Positions 17,942 to 26,419 of a DNA stretch of 64,000 nucleotides are shown here, in pieces. Source of the DNA: a virus (lineage: Duplodnaviria > Caudoviricetes). Where the stretch lies: the IMG/VR virus record IMGVR_UViG_3300037466_003849, positions 8,122 to 72,121 of that record. One strand, given 5' to 3'. The notes under the pieces are model-generated. The model did not search any database and was not told the DNA's origin. It was given only the letters and a program-made list of their open reading frames with translations. Each line of letters starts with the position of its first letter. Position 1 is the first letter of the stretch. Both the position numbers and the translations under genes were made by a program.

Positions 17942-18305
17942 CGGCTGGATACACGGCGCGCTGTGCCGCGCCGAGCGGGACTTCGCGGGGGTGGCAGCGG
18001 AGCTCTACACCGGCCTGTGCGGGTGGTGCACCCTCGGCATCCTCACCCACGTCCGCTATCCGCTGCTCAACCCCGCCAGCGTCGACTTCGGCGCCGAGGC
18101 GTACAAGAGCACGCCGGAGACCGAGATCCTCGCCGTGGTGATCGTCGATCTGGGCTACGAGGCGCCGGGTGAGTCCAGCCTGGTCGACGTGCCGCAGGAC
18201 GTGACCGCCGTCGTCGACTTCAACGATTCCCCCGGCCGCACCTTCGCCCAGGTCGAGGAGGTCTTCCTCAAGGCCATCGCCCTGGCCCACGAGCGGGGCC
18301 TGTAG
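17892..18305 (+). CDS. DUF6197-like phage protein
   Basis: LRADGWIHG...WCTLG...FNDSPGRTFAQV. Confidence 0.65.
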   Translation: MTIKENLTKALEQLRADGWIHGALCRAERDFAGVAAELYTGLCGWCTLGILTHVRYPLLNPASVDFGAEAYKSTPETEILAVVIVDLGYEAPGESSLVDVPQDVTAVVDFNDSPGRTFAQVEEVFLKAIALAHERGL

Positions 18306-18502
18306 TGCACGCCCGCGAGTACGCCAAGGGTGACCTCGTCACCGCGCCGGACCACGACGGCGCCCTGATCGTCCGGGCCATCCGCACCTGGCCCTTCGAG
18401 TACGCCGAGTGCGTCACCACCGACCGCCTGCTGGTCGCCATCCCCACCTCCCGCTTGATGAAGCTGTCGAGCCTCTGGTTCGCCATGCGGAAAGAGATCT
18501 GA
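18305..18502 (+). CDS. Small hypothetical protein
   Basis: Overlapping start/stop with its neighbours. Confidence 0.55.
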   Translation: MHAREYAKGDLVTAPDHDGALIVRAIRTWPFEYAECVTTDRLLVAIPTSRLMKLSSLWFAMRKEI

Positions 18503-18741
18503 TGAAAACCCTCAAGTCCCTCGTCAAAGGCTTTGTCTCCGACGCGATCTGGGTAACCTTCGTCGCCGTCGCCGCCTTCCTCGTCTACCTGCTCGCCGAC
18601 CTCATCGTGTGGATGGGCGAGGACATCATCTCGGCCCTGATCAGCCTCGCGTGCGGCGCGGGGGCTGGCCTGGTCGTGCTCACCGGCTTCCGGCTGCTGG
18701 CGCTGTCGATGCGGCGGGCGGACAGCGACGACGATGCCTAA
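18502..18741 (+). CDS. Two-TM membrane protein
   Basis: TGATG coupling; two hydrophobic helices. Confidence 0.65.
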   Translation: MKTLKSLVKGFVSDAIWVTFVAVAAFLVYLLADLIVWMGEDIISALISLACGAGAGLVVLTGFRLLALSMRRADSDDDA

Positions 18742-19294
18742 CCGCAACAAGATCCGCGGCGACGCCTACGAGCGGGCCGGGCGGGACTTCTTCCGCGCCA
18801 ACGGATTCCCCGGTGCCGAACGGACCAAGGCGGGCTACGAGCGCGACGGCGGCGACCTCCATCTCGATCCCGTGATCGGCATGGCGCCCGGCGTGATCGG
18901 CCAGTCGAAGGACGTGGTCACTCCGCAGTGGAAGGAATGGATCGCCAAGCTGCGCGAGCAGATCGTCAACGCCAACGCCGAGGTCGGCTTCATCATCTGG
19001 CGCCGCCGCGGCATCCCGGATGTCGGCGAGCACCTGGTGATCATGCCCGCCCGCGAGTTCTCGATGCTGCTGCGCCGGGCTGGATACGGCGACCCGCTGC
19101 CGATCACCGATCGCTGCCAGCGCTGCGGGACGCAGATCGACTGGGTCGACTGCCCGACCGGCGGGTGGTGGGCACATCGGGACCATCCGGCCGACGACCA
19201 CGACGCCGTCAGTGCAACCAAGGAGGTCGTCGAGTCGATCGACGACAACGGCCTGTGGTTCGCCGTCGGCACGGCACCGAAGAAGCGCCGATGA
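18734..19294 (+). CDS. Holliday junction resolvase (Hjc-like PD-(D/E)xK) with C-terminal CxxC extension
   Basis: NKIRGDAYER...GGDL...GQSKD; tail CQRCG...CPTG. Confidence 0.75.
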   Translation: MPNRNKIRGDAYERAGRDFFRANGFPGAERTKAGYERDGGDLHLDPVIGMAPGVIGQSKDVVTPQWKEWIAKLREQIVNANAEVGFIIWRRRGIPDVGEHLVIMPAREFSMLLRRAGYGDPLPITDRCQRCGTQIDWVDCPTGGWWAHRDHPADDHDAVSATKEVVESIDDNGLWFAVGTAPKKRR

Positions 19295-19794
19295 GCGCCC
19301 GCGCGGTGATCGCCGACGTGGACGGCACCCTCTGCGATGTCTCCACCGCGCTGCACCACCTGCCCGATTTCACGAAGTTCCACCAGGCCACCTCTGAATG
19401 CCCGGCCACCCCCGAGGTTGTGGAGTGGTGCCGGATCATGCAGTCGACCGGCTGTGTGATCGCTGTCGTCACCGCGCGCAAATACCAGCACCAGGAGCTG
19501 ACCGAGCGCTGGCTGGCCCGGCACTTGGACTTCCCGTATATCGGCCCGTTCATGCGCGGCGACCACGATGACCGGCCGGACACCGAGGTGAAGCGCGATA
19601 TCCATCGAATCCTCACCGAGGACTACGGATTTCGCATCCAGGCAGCCATCGACGACCGGCCGAGCGTCATCCGCTTCTGGCAGTCGATGGGCGTGCCGGT
19701 CCGGGTGGTCTACCGCCGGGATTGGGAGGCCGCGGGCGAGAGCTACGAGGGCCTGCTCGGCGAGAACTCGCTGATCGCGCAGGGGCGCCGATGA
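19291..19794 (+). CDS. HAD phosphatase, polynucleotide kinase/phosphatase (T4 Pnkp phosphatase-like)
   Basis: DVDGTL motif I, VTARK, MRGDHDDRPDTEVK, IDDRPSV. Confidence 0.85.
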   Translation: MSARAVIADVDGTLCDVSTALHHLPDFTKFHQATSECPATPEVVEWCRIMQSTGCVIAVVTARKYQHQELTERWLARHLDFPYIGPFMRGDHDDRPDTEVKRDIHRILTEDYGFRIQAAIDDRPSVIRFWQSMGVPVRVVYRRDWEAAGESYEGLLGENSLIAQGRR

Positions 19795-19946
19795 ACTGGC
19801 CCGCCCGCGGCTCCCGGCCGCTGCTGCGGCGTATGGAGAAGCTCCTGCGCCGCCGAATCGACACCGTCACCGACGAAGTCGTCGATGGCCACGCCCGCAT
19901 GGTCATCACCTTCGTCGATAACCCGAAACCGAAAGGACACCGATGA
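19791..19946 (+). CDS. Small hypothetical protein
   Basis: ATGA overlaps at both ends. Confidence 0.55.
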   Translation: MNWPARGSRPLLRRMEKLLRRRIDTVTDEVVDGHARMVITFVDNPKPKGHR

Positions 19947-20329
19947 GCGCCACCGATATCTGGGAGATGCTCCCCGAAGCCGCGGAGCGCAAGGAGTTCC
20001 GCGCCCGCGCCGCCCTCCTCGACATGCTGGCCGAGGCGATCGTGACCGGCGACGAGAAGGAGATCGGCGAGCGCCTTGGCCTCGCTCCGATCCTCGTGGG
20101 CCAGCTCGCCAGCCGCGAGATGTGGGAGTTCACCAGCGCCCAGCTGGCTGTCTACGCCTGGCGCCTGGGCCTGAATCCGCAGGCGCCAGTAGACAAGCTG
20201 AAGGCCGCCGTAGCGGAGTATGTCGCTCGCGACATCGGCGAATTCTCGGTCAAGTACGAATCCCTCAACAGGGTCCACATCACCGCGGAGCTCGCGCCGG
20301 GTCGGCTCACGGCGGGGTATCTCCGATGA
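19943..20329 (+). CDS. Hypothetical protein
   Basis: AAAGGA RBS; operon-packed. Confidence 0.7.
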   Translation: MSATDIWEMLPEAAERKEFRARAALLDMLAEAIVTGDEKEIGERLGLAPILVGQLASREMWEFTSAQLAVYAWRLGLNPQAPVDKLKAAVAEYVARDIGEFSVKYESLNRVHITAELAPGRLTAGYLR

Positions 20330-20451
20330 AGAACAAACTCGCCGCGATCCTGACCCACCGGGCCTTCCCGATCGCCCTCGACCTCATCGCCGACGCGATC
20401 ACGCTGTTTCTCGTCCTGCGCTGGGCCTACGGGGATCTCGATGATGAATGA
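20326..20451 (+). CDS. Small membrane peptide
   Basis: ATGA overlap; hydrophobic helix. Confidence 0.5.
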   Translation: MKNKLAAILTHRAFPIALDLIADAITLFLVLRWAYGDLDDE

Positions 20452-20764
20452 CATCCCGACCCCGGCGTTCGTCACCACGACGGACGCCGGGGGGCCGCAC
20501 GACGCCGAGAGCTACCGGGCAGGCTTCGAGATGGGCCTGCTCCAGATGTCGCTGATCCGCCAGAGCATCGCCGCGGACCTGCTGGGCAATCCGAGCCTGT
20601 TCGATCCACTGCTCGAAGGCTTCGTGATCAGCGCCGCCAACCAGCCGCAGGCCGACCTCATCGCCATGGCCGCGGGCTACGTCGCGACGTTCTCCGAGAT
20701 CCCCGGCCACCTCGAGCTGATGCGCATGGACCTCAAGCGGGGCACCGGGTTGGAGCGCCGCTGA
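20441..20764 (+). CDS. Hypothetical protein
   Basis: Codon bias and gene packing. Confidence 0.65.
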   Translation: MMNDIPTPAFVTTTDAGGPHDAESYRAGFEMGLLQMSLIRQSIAADLLGNPSLFDPLLEGFVISAANQPQADLIAMAAGYVATFSEIPGHLELMRMDLKRGTGLERR

Positions 20765-21042
20765 TGCTGTTCATCTGCTCCCGCACCAACAACGGCCCCG
20801 AGCAGGTCGACCTCGTCGGCGAGCCCGAGTCTCCGGTCGAGATCAGCGCCGAGCTGGTCGACGGCGGCTGGGATCGGGTCACCCGCAACGGCGTCGATGT
20901 GACTATCCGCGCCGACAACGGCACCTGGACCTACCGCATCGCCAGCTACGACATCGACCGCAAGGTCTACATCGCCAACCTGCTCCCCACGGCGCAGGAA
21001 ATCCCCGAATCGAACGAAACCGAAAGGGACACAACGCAATGA
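20764..21042 (+). CDS. Hypothetical protein
   Basis: TGATG coupling. Confidence 0.65.
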   Translation: MLFICSRTNNGPEQVDLVGEPESPVEISAELVDGGWDRVTRNGVDVTIRADNGTWTYRIASYDIDRKVYIANLLPTAQEIPESNETERDTTQ

Positions 21043-21608
21043 CGGAACTGTACGCACCTGTCCAGGTCGTCGTCGACACCGACAAACTCCTCGATCAGAT
21101 CGGATGGCGCGAGACCGACTACAACTACGAAGGCGAGGAGTACGAGCAGACCGGCCCGGCCAACCTGCGCAAGGGCCTCGCCGCCGAGGTCGCAAAAGTC
21201 CTTGCGCCGCAGCTCCGTTCGGAGATGGTCGAGGTCGTCCGCGAGGTGGCCAACGAGGTCGCCCACGAGCGCGTCGCCGCTGTGGTCGACGAGGTGATGG
21301 CGGGGGAGATCCGCAAGACCAACTCCTGGGGCGAGCCCACCGGCGAGCCGGTCACCCTGCGCGAGATCCTCGTCGCCGAGGTGAAGACAGCGCTGGAGCG
21401 CAAGGTCGACACCCATGGCCGCCCAGCTGGCTACAGCCGTGACGGTATGCCCTACGTCGACTACGTCGCCCGCACCGCAGCCGCCGAGGCGATCAAGGGC
21501 GAGCTGGCCCCCGCGGTGAAGGATGCCGTCGCCGAGGTGAAGTCGAAGGTCACCTCGATCGTGTCCGAGCACCTGGCCGCTCAGATCACGCGCGAGGTGG
21601 TCCGGTGA
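21039..21608 (+). CDS. Hypothetical protein
   Basis: AAAGGGA RBS; helical; TNSWGEPTG motif. Confidence 0.75.
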   Translation: MTELYAPVQVVVDTDKLLDQIGWRETDYNYEGEEYEQTGPANLRKGLAAEVAKVLAPQLRSEMVEVVREVANEVAHERVAAVVDEVMAGEIRKTNSWGEPTGEPVTLREILVAEVKTALERKVDTHGRPAGYSRDGMPYVDYVARTAAAEAIKGELAPAVKDAVAEVKSKVTSIVSEHLAAQITREVVR

Positions 21609-22270
21609 GCGAGCTCGAAACCCTCAAGGCGCTCCTGGACAAGGACTGGAACGCGCTGACCGATGTCGGCGTCACTGTCGACGGCTTCCAGACCGTCGAC
21701 TGCATCGGCGGCGGCCAAACCCGCTGGCACGAAATCATGGAGATGATCACCCGCGGCCCGTCCGGCCAGAATTACCGGTGGACCTACGGCCGGGGCCTGA
21801 CCGAGTGCCAGGAAGAACCCCTTGAGCCCGACACCCGTCAGATCACGCCGGTCGTCCCGGCCCTGGCGAACATCGAGGTGCTCATCTGGACGCCCGGCGA
21901 GGGCACCGAACCCGCCCAGGCCCACACCTACGTCCCCTTCGTCGAGCGCAACGACAACGAGGGCGAGACCTGGACCGCCTGGATTCAGCTGGACGGCAAC
22001 GAAGCCGAGCTCGGCCGCCTCGCCGCGTACCTGACGCGCATCAACGGCGACAGCGAAGATCCCGAATACACCCTCGACCTCGCCGAGGGCTACACCGAGC
22101 GCGATGTCGACGTGCTGATCAAGCACGGTGCCGACGGCTACATGGCCCAGCATCGCCGCCTCGTCGGCCGCCTGGTGCTGGGCGAGCACCTCGACGACAG
22201 CGACGGCGAGGTGCTGCCCGGCGACCTGTTCTACAAGGGCGGCATCAACGACTTCATGAAGGAGTCCTGA
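21605..22270 (+). CDS. Hypothetical two-domain acidic protein
   Basis: GTGA overlap; codon bias. Confidence 0.75.
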   Translation: MSELETLKALLDKDWNALTDVGVTVDGFQTVDCIGGGQTRWHEIMEMITRGPSGQNYRWTYGRGLTECQEEPLEPDTRQITPVVPALANIEVLIWTPGEGTEPAQAHTYVPFVERNDNEGETWTAWIQLDGNEAELGRLAAYLTRINGDSEDPEYTLDLAEGYTERDVDVLIKHGADGYMAQHRRLVGRLVLGEHLDDSDGEVLPGDLFYKGGINDFMKES

Positions 22271-22271
22271 A

Positions 22272-22844
22272 ATGCGAAAGATCCCAACGCTGTTCGTCCG
22301 CCACATCGACTTCGAGAACTCCCACATCACCGAGGCGATCACCCCCGGCTGCGAGTGGGTCGCCGAGGGTCTGGGCGTCGCCACGGCGAAGTGGGACGGC
22401 GTCGCCACGATGCTCGACGCGTACGGCAACTGGTGGGCGCGCCGCGAGGTCCGCGAGGGCCGCCCGTTCCCGCCGGTGTACCTGACGGTGCAGCGCGACC
22501 CGAACACCGGCAAGACCGTGGGGTGGGAGCCGATCGAGCAGTCCGGCTACCGCAAGGCGTTCGGCGATGCGTGCGGCGACTCCGAACGCAGGCCGGGCAC
22601 CTTCGAGCTGATCGGCCCGAAGGTCAACGGCAACCCGCACGGTGTCGGCGCCCATCACCTGATCCGCCACGGCACGACCGAGATCCCCGGCGCCCCGCGG
22701 TCATTCGACACCCTGCGTGCCTACCTGCGCAGCAAGCCTTCGGTGCCGGACGGCCTCACCGCAATCGAGGGCATCGTCTTCTGGTCCGAGCCGGGCAACC
22801 TCGACGCCCCCATGGCCAAGATCAAGGTCAGGGATTTCCGGTGA
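22272..22844 (+). CDS. ATP-dependent RNA-ligase-like nucleotidyltransferase (DUF5565/RLIG1-like)
   Basis: MRKIPTLF start; motif I KWDG, motif III FELIG, motif IV EGIVF, motif V MAKIK. Confidence 0.75.
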   Translation: MRKIPTLFVRHIDFENSHITEAITPGCEWVAEGLGVATAKWDGVATMLDAYGNWWARREVREGRPFPPVYLTVQRDPNTGKTVGWEPIEQSGYRKAFGDACGDSERRPGTFELIGPKVNGNPHGVGAHHLIRHGTTEIPGAPRSFDTLRAYLRSKPSVPDGLTAIEGIVFWSEPGNLDAPMAKIKVRDFR

Positions 22845-23158
22845 GGCTCATCAGGACCATCGCCTACGGCCTGCGCATCGTCGGCGTCGGCCTCATCCGG
22901 CGAGCCTTCTCCGTCGGCGGCCGGTGCGGGATGGGTCCGCAGTCCGACGAGGAGCTGCTGGAGTGGCTGCGCTCGCTGGCGGGGCCGAAGCCGACCTTCG
23001 AGGGTGGCGTGCTGCTCGGCAGCTCCATGGAGAAAGATGCCGCGATCGTCCTCACCCCCGGCTACTACAGCACCGACGGCGGCAAGACCTGGGTGGAGAA
23101 TCCGACGGCCGAGCAGATCCAGGCCGCCCTCGACAAGCGCCGCAAGGCGCCGCGGTGA
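22841..23158 (+). CDS. Hypothetical protein
   Basis: GTGA overlaps at both ends. Confidence 0.6.
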   Translation: MRLIRTIAYGLRIVGVGLIRRAFSVGGRCGMGPQSDEELLEWLRSLAGPKPTFEGGVLLGSSMEKDAAIVLTPGYYSTDGGKTWVENPTAEQIQAALDKRRKAPR

Positions 23159-23262
23159 GCGAGGCCGAGTACCCGCCCGGTCGTGAGAAGGCCCTGGCGA
23201 TCACGAAATTGGAGGAGGCGATGCTCTGGGCCAACGCCGCCATCGCCCGGCAGATCAGCTGA
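23155..23262 (+). CDS. 35-aa peptide matching the C-terminal helix of the Acb2/Tad1-type hairpin family
   Basis: PPGREKALAITKLEEAMLWANAAIAR. Confidence 0.6.
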   Translation: MSEAEYPPGREKALAITKLEEAMLWANAAIARQIS

Positions 23263-23281
23263 TCCCTTTTTCAGCAGTAAC

Positions 23282-23306
23282 CGGCGGCGGCACCTCGCCG
23301 CCGCCG
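23282..23306 (+). terminator. GC hairpin, probable terminator
   Basis: CGGCGGCGGC-ACCTC-GCCGCCGCCG perfect 10-bp stem. Confidence 0.55.
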
Positions 23307-23352
23307 TGACCTGCACAGATCTTTTTGCACAGTAACTTCCGAGGAGACACCG

Positions 23353-23460
23353 ATGTCCTGCATCTACGCCCTGCTGCACCCGCTGCTGCACCACCCGATC
23401 GCCACCCTGGAGCTGCACGCGCACCTGTTCGTCGCGCCGATCAAGGTGCTGCCGTGGTAG
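23353..23460 (+). CDS. Small hypothetical protein
   Basis: GAGGAG RBS followed by ATG at 23353. Confidence 0.5.
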   Translation: MSCIYALLHPLLHHPIATLELHAHLFVAPIKVLPW

Positions 23461-23738
23461 ACCAGCTCACCCCCGAGGATCTCGACGGCCTGCGCGAGCT
23501 CTACGCCGACGACGCCAGCGTGGTCGGCGTGGTCGAGCTCGCGATCCGGCTGCGTGATGAGCTCGCCGTGGCGAAGGCGGCGCTGGAGGCCATCAAGGCC
23601 GCCGACCCGGACCTGTTCGACCCCACCGGCGGCAACCGCCGCGGCCGGGCCTACGAGACCTACGGATCGGCCGGGCATGACCTGCGTGAGCGGTACCTCG
23701 CCGCAGTCGGCGAGACGCTGGGGGATGGCGATGAGTGA
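23454..23738 (+). CDS. Hypothetical protein
   Basis: GTG start overlapping the previous gene. Confidence 0.6.
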   Translation: MVDQLTPEDLDGLRELYADDASVVGVVELAIRLRDELAVAKAALEAIKAADPDLFDPTGGNRRGRAYETYGSAGHDLRERYLAAVGETLGDGDE

Positions 23739-24222
23739 GTCTCCGGAATTGGCGCAGGCGACTCTCACCTTGGCGCGCGTGGCCGACGAACTCGGTTGCA
23801 CCCGTGACCAGTTGGATCTCTGGTTCGCCCGCGGCGTCGTCGCCGAGCGGGACGGCCTGCGCTCGCAGCTGGCCGGGCTGGTCGCCTGGAGGGGCAAATT
23901 CCTCGCCCAGGCGCGCCGGGCGATCGTGGATGCGGATCGCTTTCGTCGCATCTACGACCCCGAGCAGCCGGACCTCGGCATCGTGATCGACACCGTGCTC
24001 GACGACCGCGACGCCCTGCGCGCCCGCGTGGACGAGCTGGAGTCCTTCGTCGTCGACCTGGCCTTCCATGGCACTCGCCACGACCTCAACCCGACGATGA
24101 ACATGGCCGACGTGGACGTGCTCTACACCGGCATGTCCGACTACCTGCGCTCCATGGACGAAACGATCCGCCGCCGCGCCAAGGCACTGCTGCCCGAGAA
24201 AGAGACCAAGGCCGATGAGTGA
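23731..24222 (+). CDS. Hypothetical coiled-coil protein
   Basis: Codon bias and gene packing. Confidence 0.65.
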   Translation: MSESPELAQATLTLARVADELGCTRDQLDLWFARGVVAERDGLRSQLAGLVAWRGKFLAQARRAIVDADRFRRIYDPEQPDLGIVIDTVLDDRDALRARVDELESFVVDLAFHGTRHDLNPTMNMADVDVLYTGMSDYLRSMDETIRRRAKALLPEKETKADE

Positions 24223-24427
24223 CAACGAATTCCGCCCCATCGTCGACATCGACGAACTGCACGCCATCCCGGTCGGCAAGTTCGTCGAGGCCGACGGAAT
24301 CCTGTACAAGAAGGTGCGCACCCGCAAGGGCTTCCAGTGGCGCGTCGTCCACCAGTACACGAGCTCGCAGCTGTTCCGCCACAACGAGGAGATCCGCATC
24401 AAGGTGGGGGTCGCCGACGATGAGTGA
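24215..24427 (+). CDS. Small hypothetical protein
   Basis: Gene packing. Confidence 0.6.
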   Translation: MSDNEFRPIVDIDELHAIPVGKFVEADGILYKKVRTRKGFQWRVVHQYTSSQLFRHNEEIRIKVGVADDE

Positions 24428-24857
24428 CTTTCGCGTGCTCGTCACCGGCTCGCGCGATCACCCAAAGCGCGGCCTGGTCTTCGAGGCCCTGGACGCTGTG
24501 CTGTTCGACAAGTGCCAGCCCGGCGGCAAGCTGACCGTCGTCCACGGCGCCTGCCCTACTGGCGCCGATGCCTACGCCTCGGAATGGTGCCAGCTGTGGT
24601 CGGCACAAGTGATCGAGGAGAAGCACCCCGCCGACTGGAACACCTGCACAGAGCGCTGCTACCACAAGCCCCGGCCGGACGGTCGCTGCCCGGCTGCCGG
24701 ACCCCGCCGCAACGGCGAGATGGTCGCCCTCGGTGCGGATCTGGTGCTCGGCTTCCCATTGCCTGGCGCGTGGACGAACTCCCGCGGCACCTACAACTGC
24801 CTGCGCCAGGCCATGCAGGCGGGCCTGGAGGTCAAGAAGCTGGTCTACAGCGTCTGA
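24420..24857 (+). CDS. SLOG-superfamily protein (YspA/DUF2493-like)
   Basis: RVLVTGSRD, VVHGACPTGADAYA, AAGPRRNGEMV, SRGTYNC. Confidence 0.85.
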   Translation: MSDFRVLVTGSRDHPKRGLVFEALDAVLFDKCQPGGKLTVVHGACPTGADAYASEWCQLWSAQVIEEKHPADWNTCTERCYHKPRPDGRCPAAGPRRNGEMVALGADLVLGFPLPGAWTNSRGTYNCLRQAMQAGLEVKKLVYSV

Positions 24858-24871
24858 CCGACCGCAGATAC

Positions 24872-24906
24872 GACAACGCCCCCGGTGCTCAATCGGGGGC
24901 GTTGTC
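24872..24906. terminator. Hairpin between convergent operons (bidirectional terminator)
   Basis: GACAACGCCCCCG...CGGGGGCGTTGTC, 13-bp perfect stem. Confidence 0.75.
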
Positions 24907-24954
24907 TGGTTTGCGGCAGCAACTGCATCTGTAGTTGTTGTCGCCTCGACGGTA

Positions 24955-25245
24955 TCAGGAGTTGCGGTGCGCCGCCTCCATGGCCTCGCGCTCGGCCTTG
25001 AACTCCTCGATCGTCCGATAGCCGTCCCAGACGAGCCCCCGCCGCGCCAGCGCGAGCTTGTCCTGCATGTTCACCATGGCCTCGTCGATGCCGAGGCAGA
25101 CGGCCGGATCGCCCTGGAAGGCATAGCGATACCGCTTCGGGTCATTCGAGTCGGAGGGGTCGGAGATGTGGCCCATCACCTTCTCGCCGACGATCGCGGC
25201 GTACTCCTCGTTGAGGGCCTTCAATTCGTCCAGCTTCTTGCTCAT
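24955..25245 (-). CDS. Hypothetical protein
   Basis: GAAAGGA RBS; MSKKLDELKALNEEY... Confidence 0.7.
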   Translation of the reverse strand: MSKKLDELKALNEEYAAIVGEKVMGHISDPSDSNDPKRYRYAFQGDPAVCLGIDEAMVNMQDKLALARRGLVWDGYRTIEEFKAEREAMEAAHRNS

Positions 25246-25259
25246 GTTCGTCCTTTCGA

Positions 25260-25481
25260 TCAGTAGTCGGGCAGCGGTTCGCCCGCGGCGCAGGCGGGGC
25301 AGTTGTCGGTGCAGGCCGTCCACGCGGAGGAGTAGATCGGCCGCCCGTTGGCGTAGCGCGGGTGCTGCCGCATCCGGTGGCCGTTGACGGCGAGGTAGGG
25401 CTTCTCCTGCTCGGCCTGCCACGCCAGCTGCTCCCGCTCGGTCATGGCCGCGTAGTCGTCGGCGCCGAGGGATCGCATCAT
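25260..25481 (-). CDS. Small Cys-containing hypothetical protein
   Basis: GGAGG RBS; CTDNCPAC. Confidence 0.65.
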   Translation of the reverse strand: MMRSLGADDYAAMTEREQLAWQAEQEKPYLAVNGHRMRQHPRYANGRPIYSSAWTACTDNCPACAAGEPLPDY

Positions 25482-26029
25482 GCCTCCGGCGCGTACTGCT
25501 TGACGAGGTCCTGGATGAACTGCGGCGCCGCGGCGAGCCCTCCTGGCACGTCGATGGAGTGCCATTCTTCGGCGCCTAGGACCTGACTGACTGCGCCGTC
25601 CTTCTTGTAGATCGGGCCTTCGGCCGTGACGCGCCAGCACTCCCAGTCTTTGCCACGCTCCCTTCGATACTGGATGACGAGGCCGTTGGGCCGGTACTTC
25701 GCGCTGCCCGGCCGGGTGAAGTGCAGGCCCGTCCCGGCAGTGACATCCGGGGCGTCGTCGAGGTAGAGGACGACCTTGTGCTCGAATTCCTCGCCAGTAA
25801 CCTTCATAGCCGCCTCCTCCGTTACGGTCACGCTGTCCTGCTGGGCCAGCACGTGCTCGACTGGGTCGTGCGGGCCGACGTAGGCGAGCGTCTCACCCAG
25901 CGGGTAGTCACCGGCATGGTAGATCTGCCGCAGCTCGCCGCTGACGCTTTTGCCGTCGCCGTCCTTGAAGACGACCGTCTTCCCGATGTGACGGGCGCTG
26001 AGGTCGCCCGCGGTCAATGTCTCTGTCAT
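25478..26029 (-). CDS. Hypothetical protein, apparent fusion of two small genes
   Basis: Internal GAGGAGG...ATG at MKVTGEEF; the C-terminal half resembles 27601..27939. Confidence 0.7.
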   Translation of the reverse strand: MTETLTAGDLSARHIGKTVVFKDGDGKSVSGELRQIYHAGDYPLGETLAYVGPHDPVEHVLAQQDSVTVTEEAAMKVTGEEFEHKVVLYLDDAPDVTAGTGLHFTRPGSAKYRPNGLVIQYRRERGKDWECWRVTAEGPIYKKDGAVSQVLGAEEWHSIDVPGGLAAAPQFIQDLVKQYAPEA

Positions 26030-26110
26030 GTCGAACCCTTTGCTGTGGCCGATGTTTCCACCGGCCGGGCCGGGCTACCAGCGGGGTGCTGATAACCCGG
26101 CTTATCGGTG

Positions 26111-26419
26111 TCAGGGCTTGCGCGAGCCGGGGGTGGGGGAGTCGCCGTCGAGCCACTTCTTGGCGGCGTCGACGATGTCGTAGCCCATCTCCTCTGCCTC
26201 GCCGACAGCGAGGGTGCAGATCGGCCCGTACTCCTCGCCGCCGAAGGCGTAGGACAGCGTGGTCAGCATTCCGCGCTGCCCCGGCGCGCTGTGGTCACCG
26301 GCGAAGTCGGCGGTGAACCAATCCTCGTCCTTGACGAACAGCACTCGGGTGGCCGTCGATTCAGGGATGCTCCAGCCCTTCTCGATGGCGTAGGCGGTGA
26401 CGATGTCGCGGTCGGTCAC
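26111..26419 (-). CDS. Hypothetical protein
   Basis: GTGA overlap with the upstream gene. Confidence 0.7.
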   Translation of the reverse strand: MTDRDIVTAYAIEKGWSIPESTATRVLFVKDEDWFTADFAGDHSAPGQRGMLTTLSYAFGGEEYGPICTLAVGEAEEMGYDIVDAAKKWLDGDSPTPGSRKP

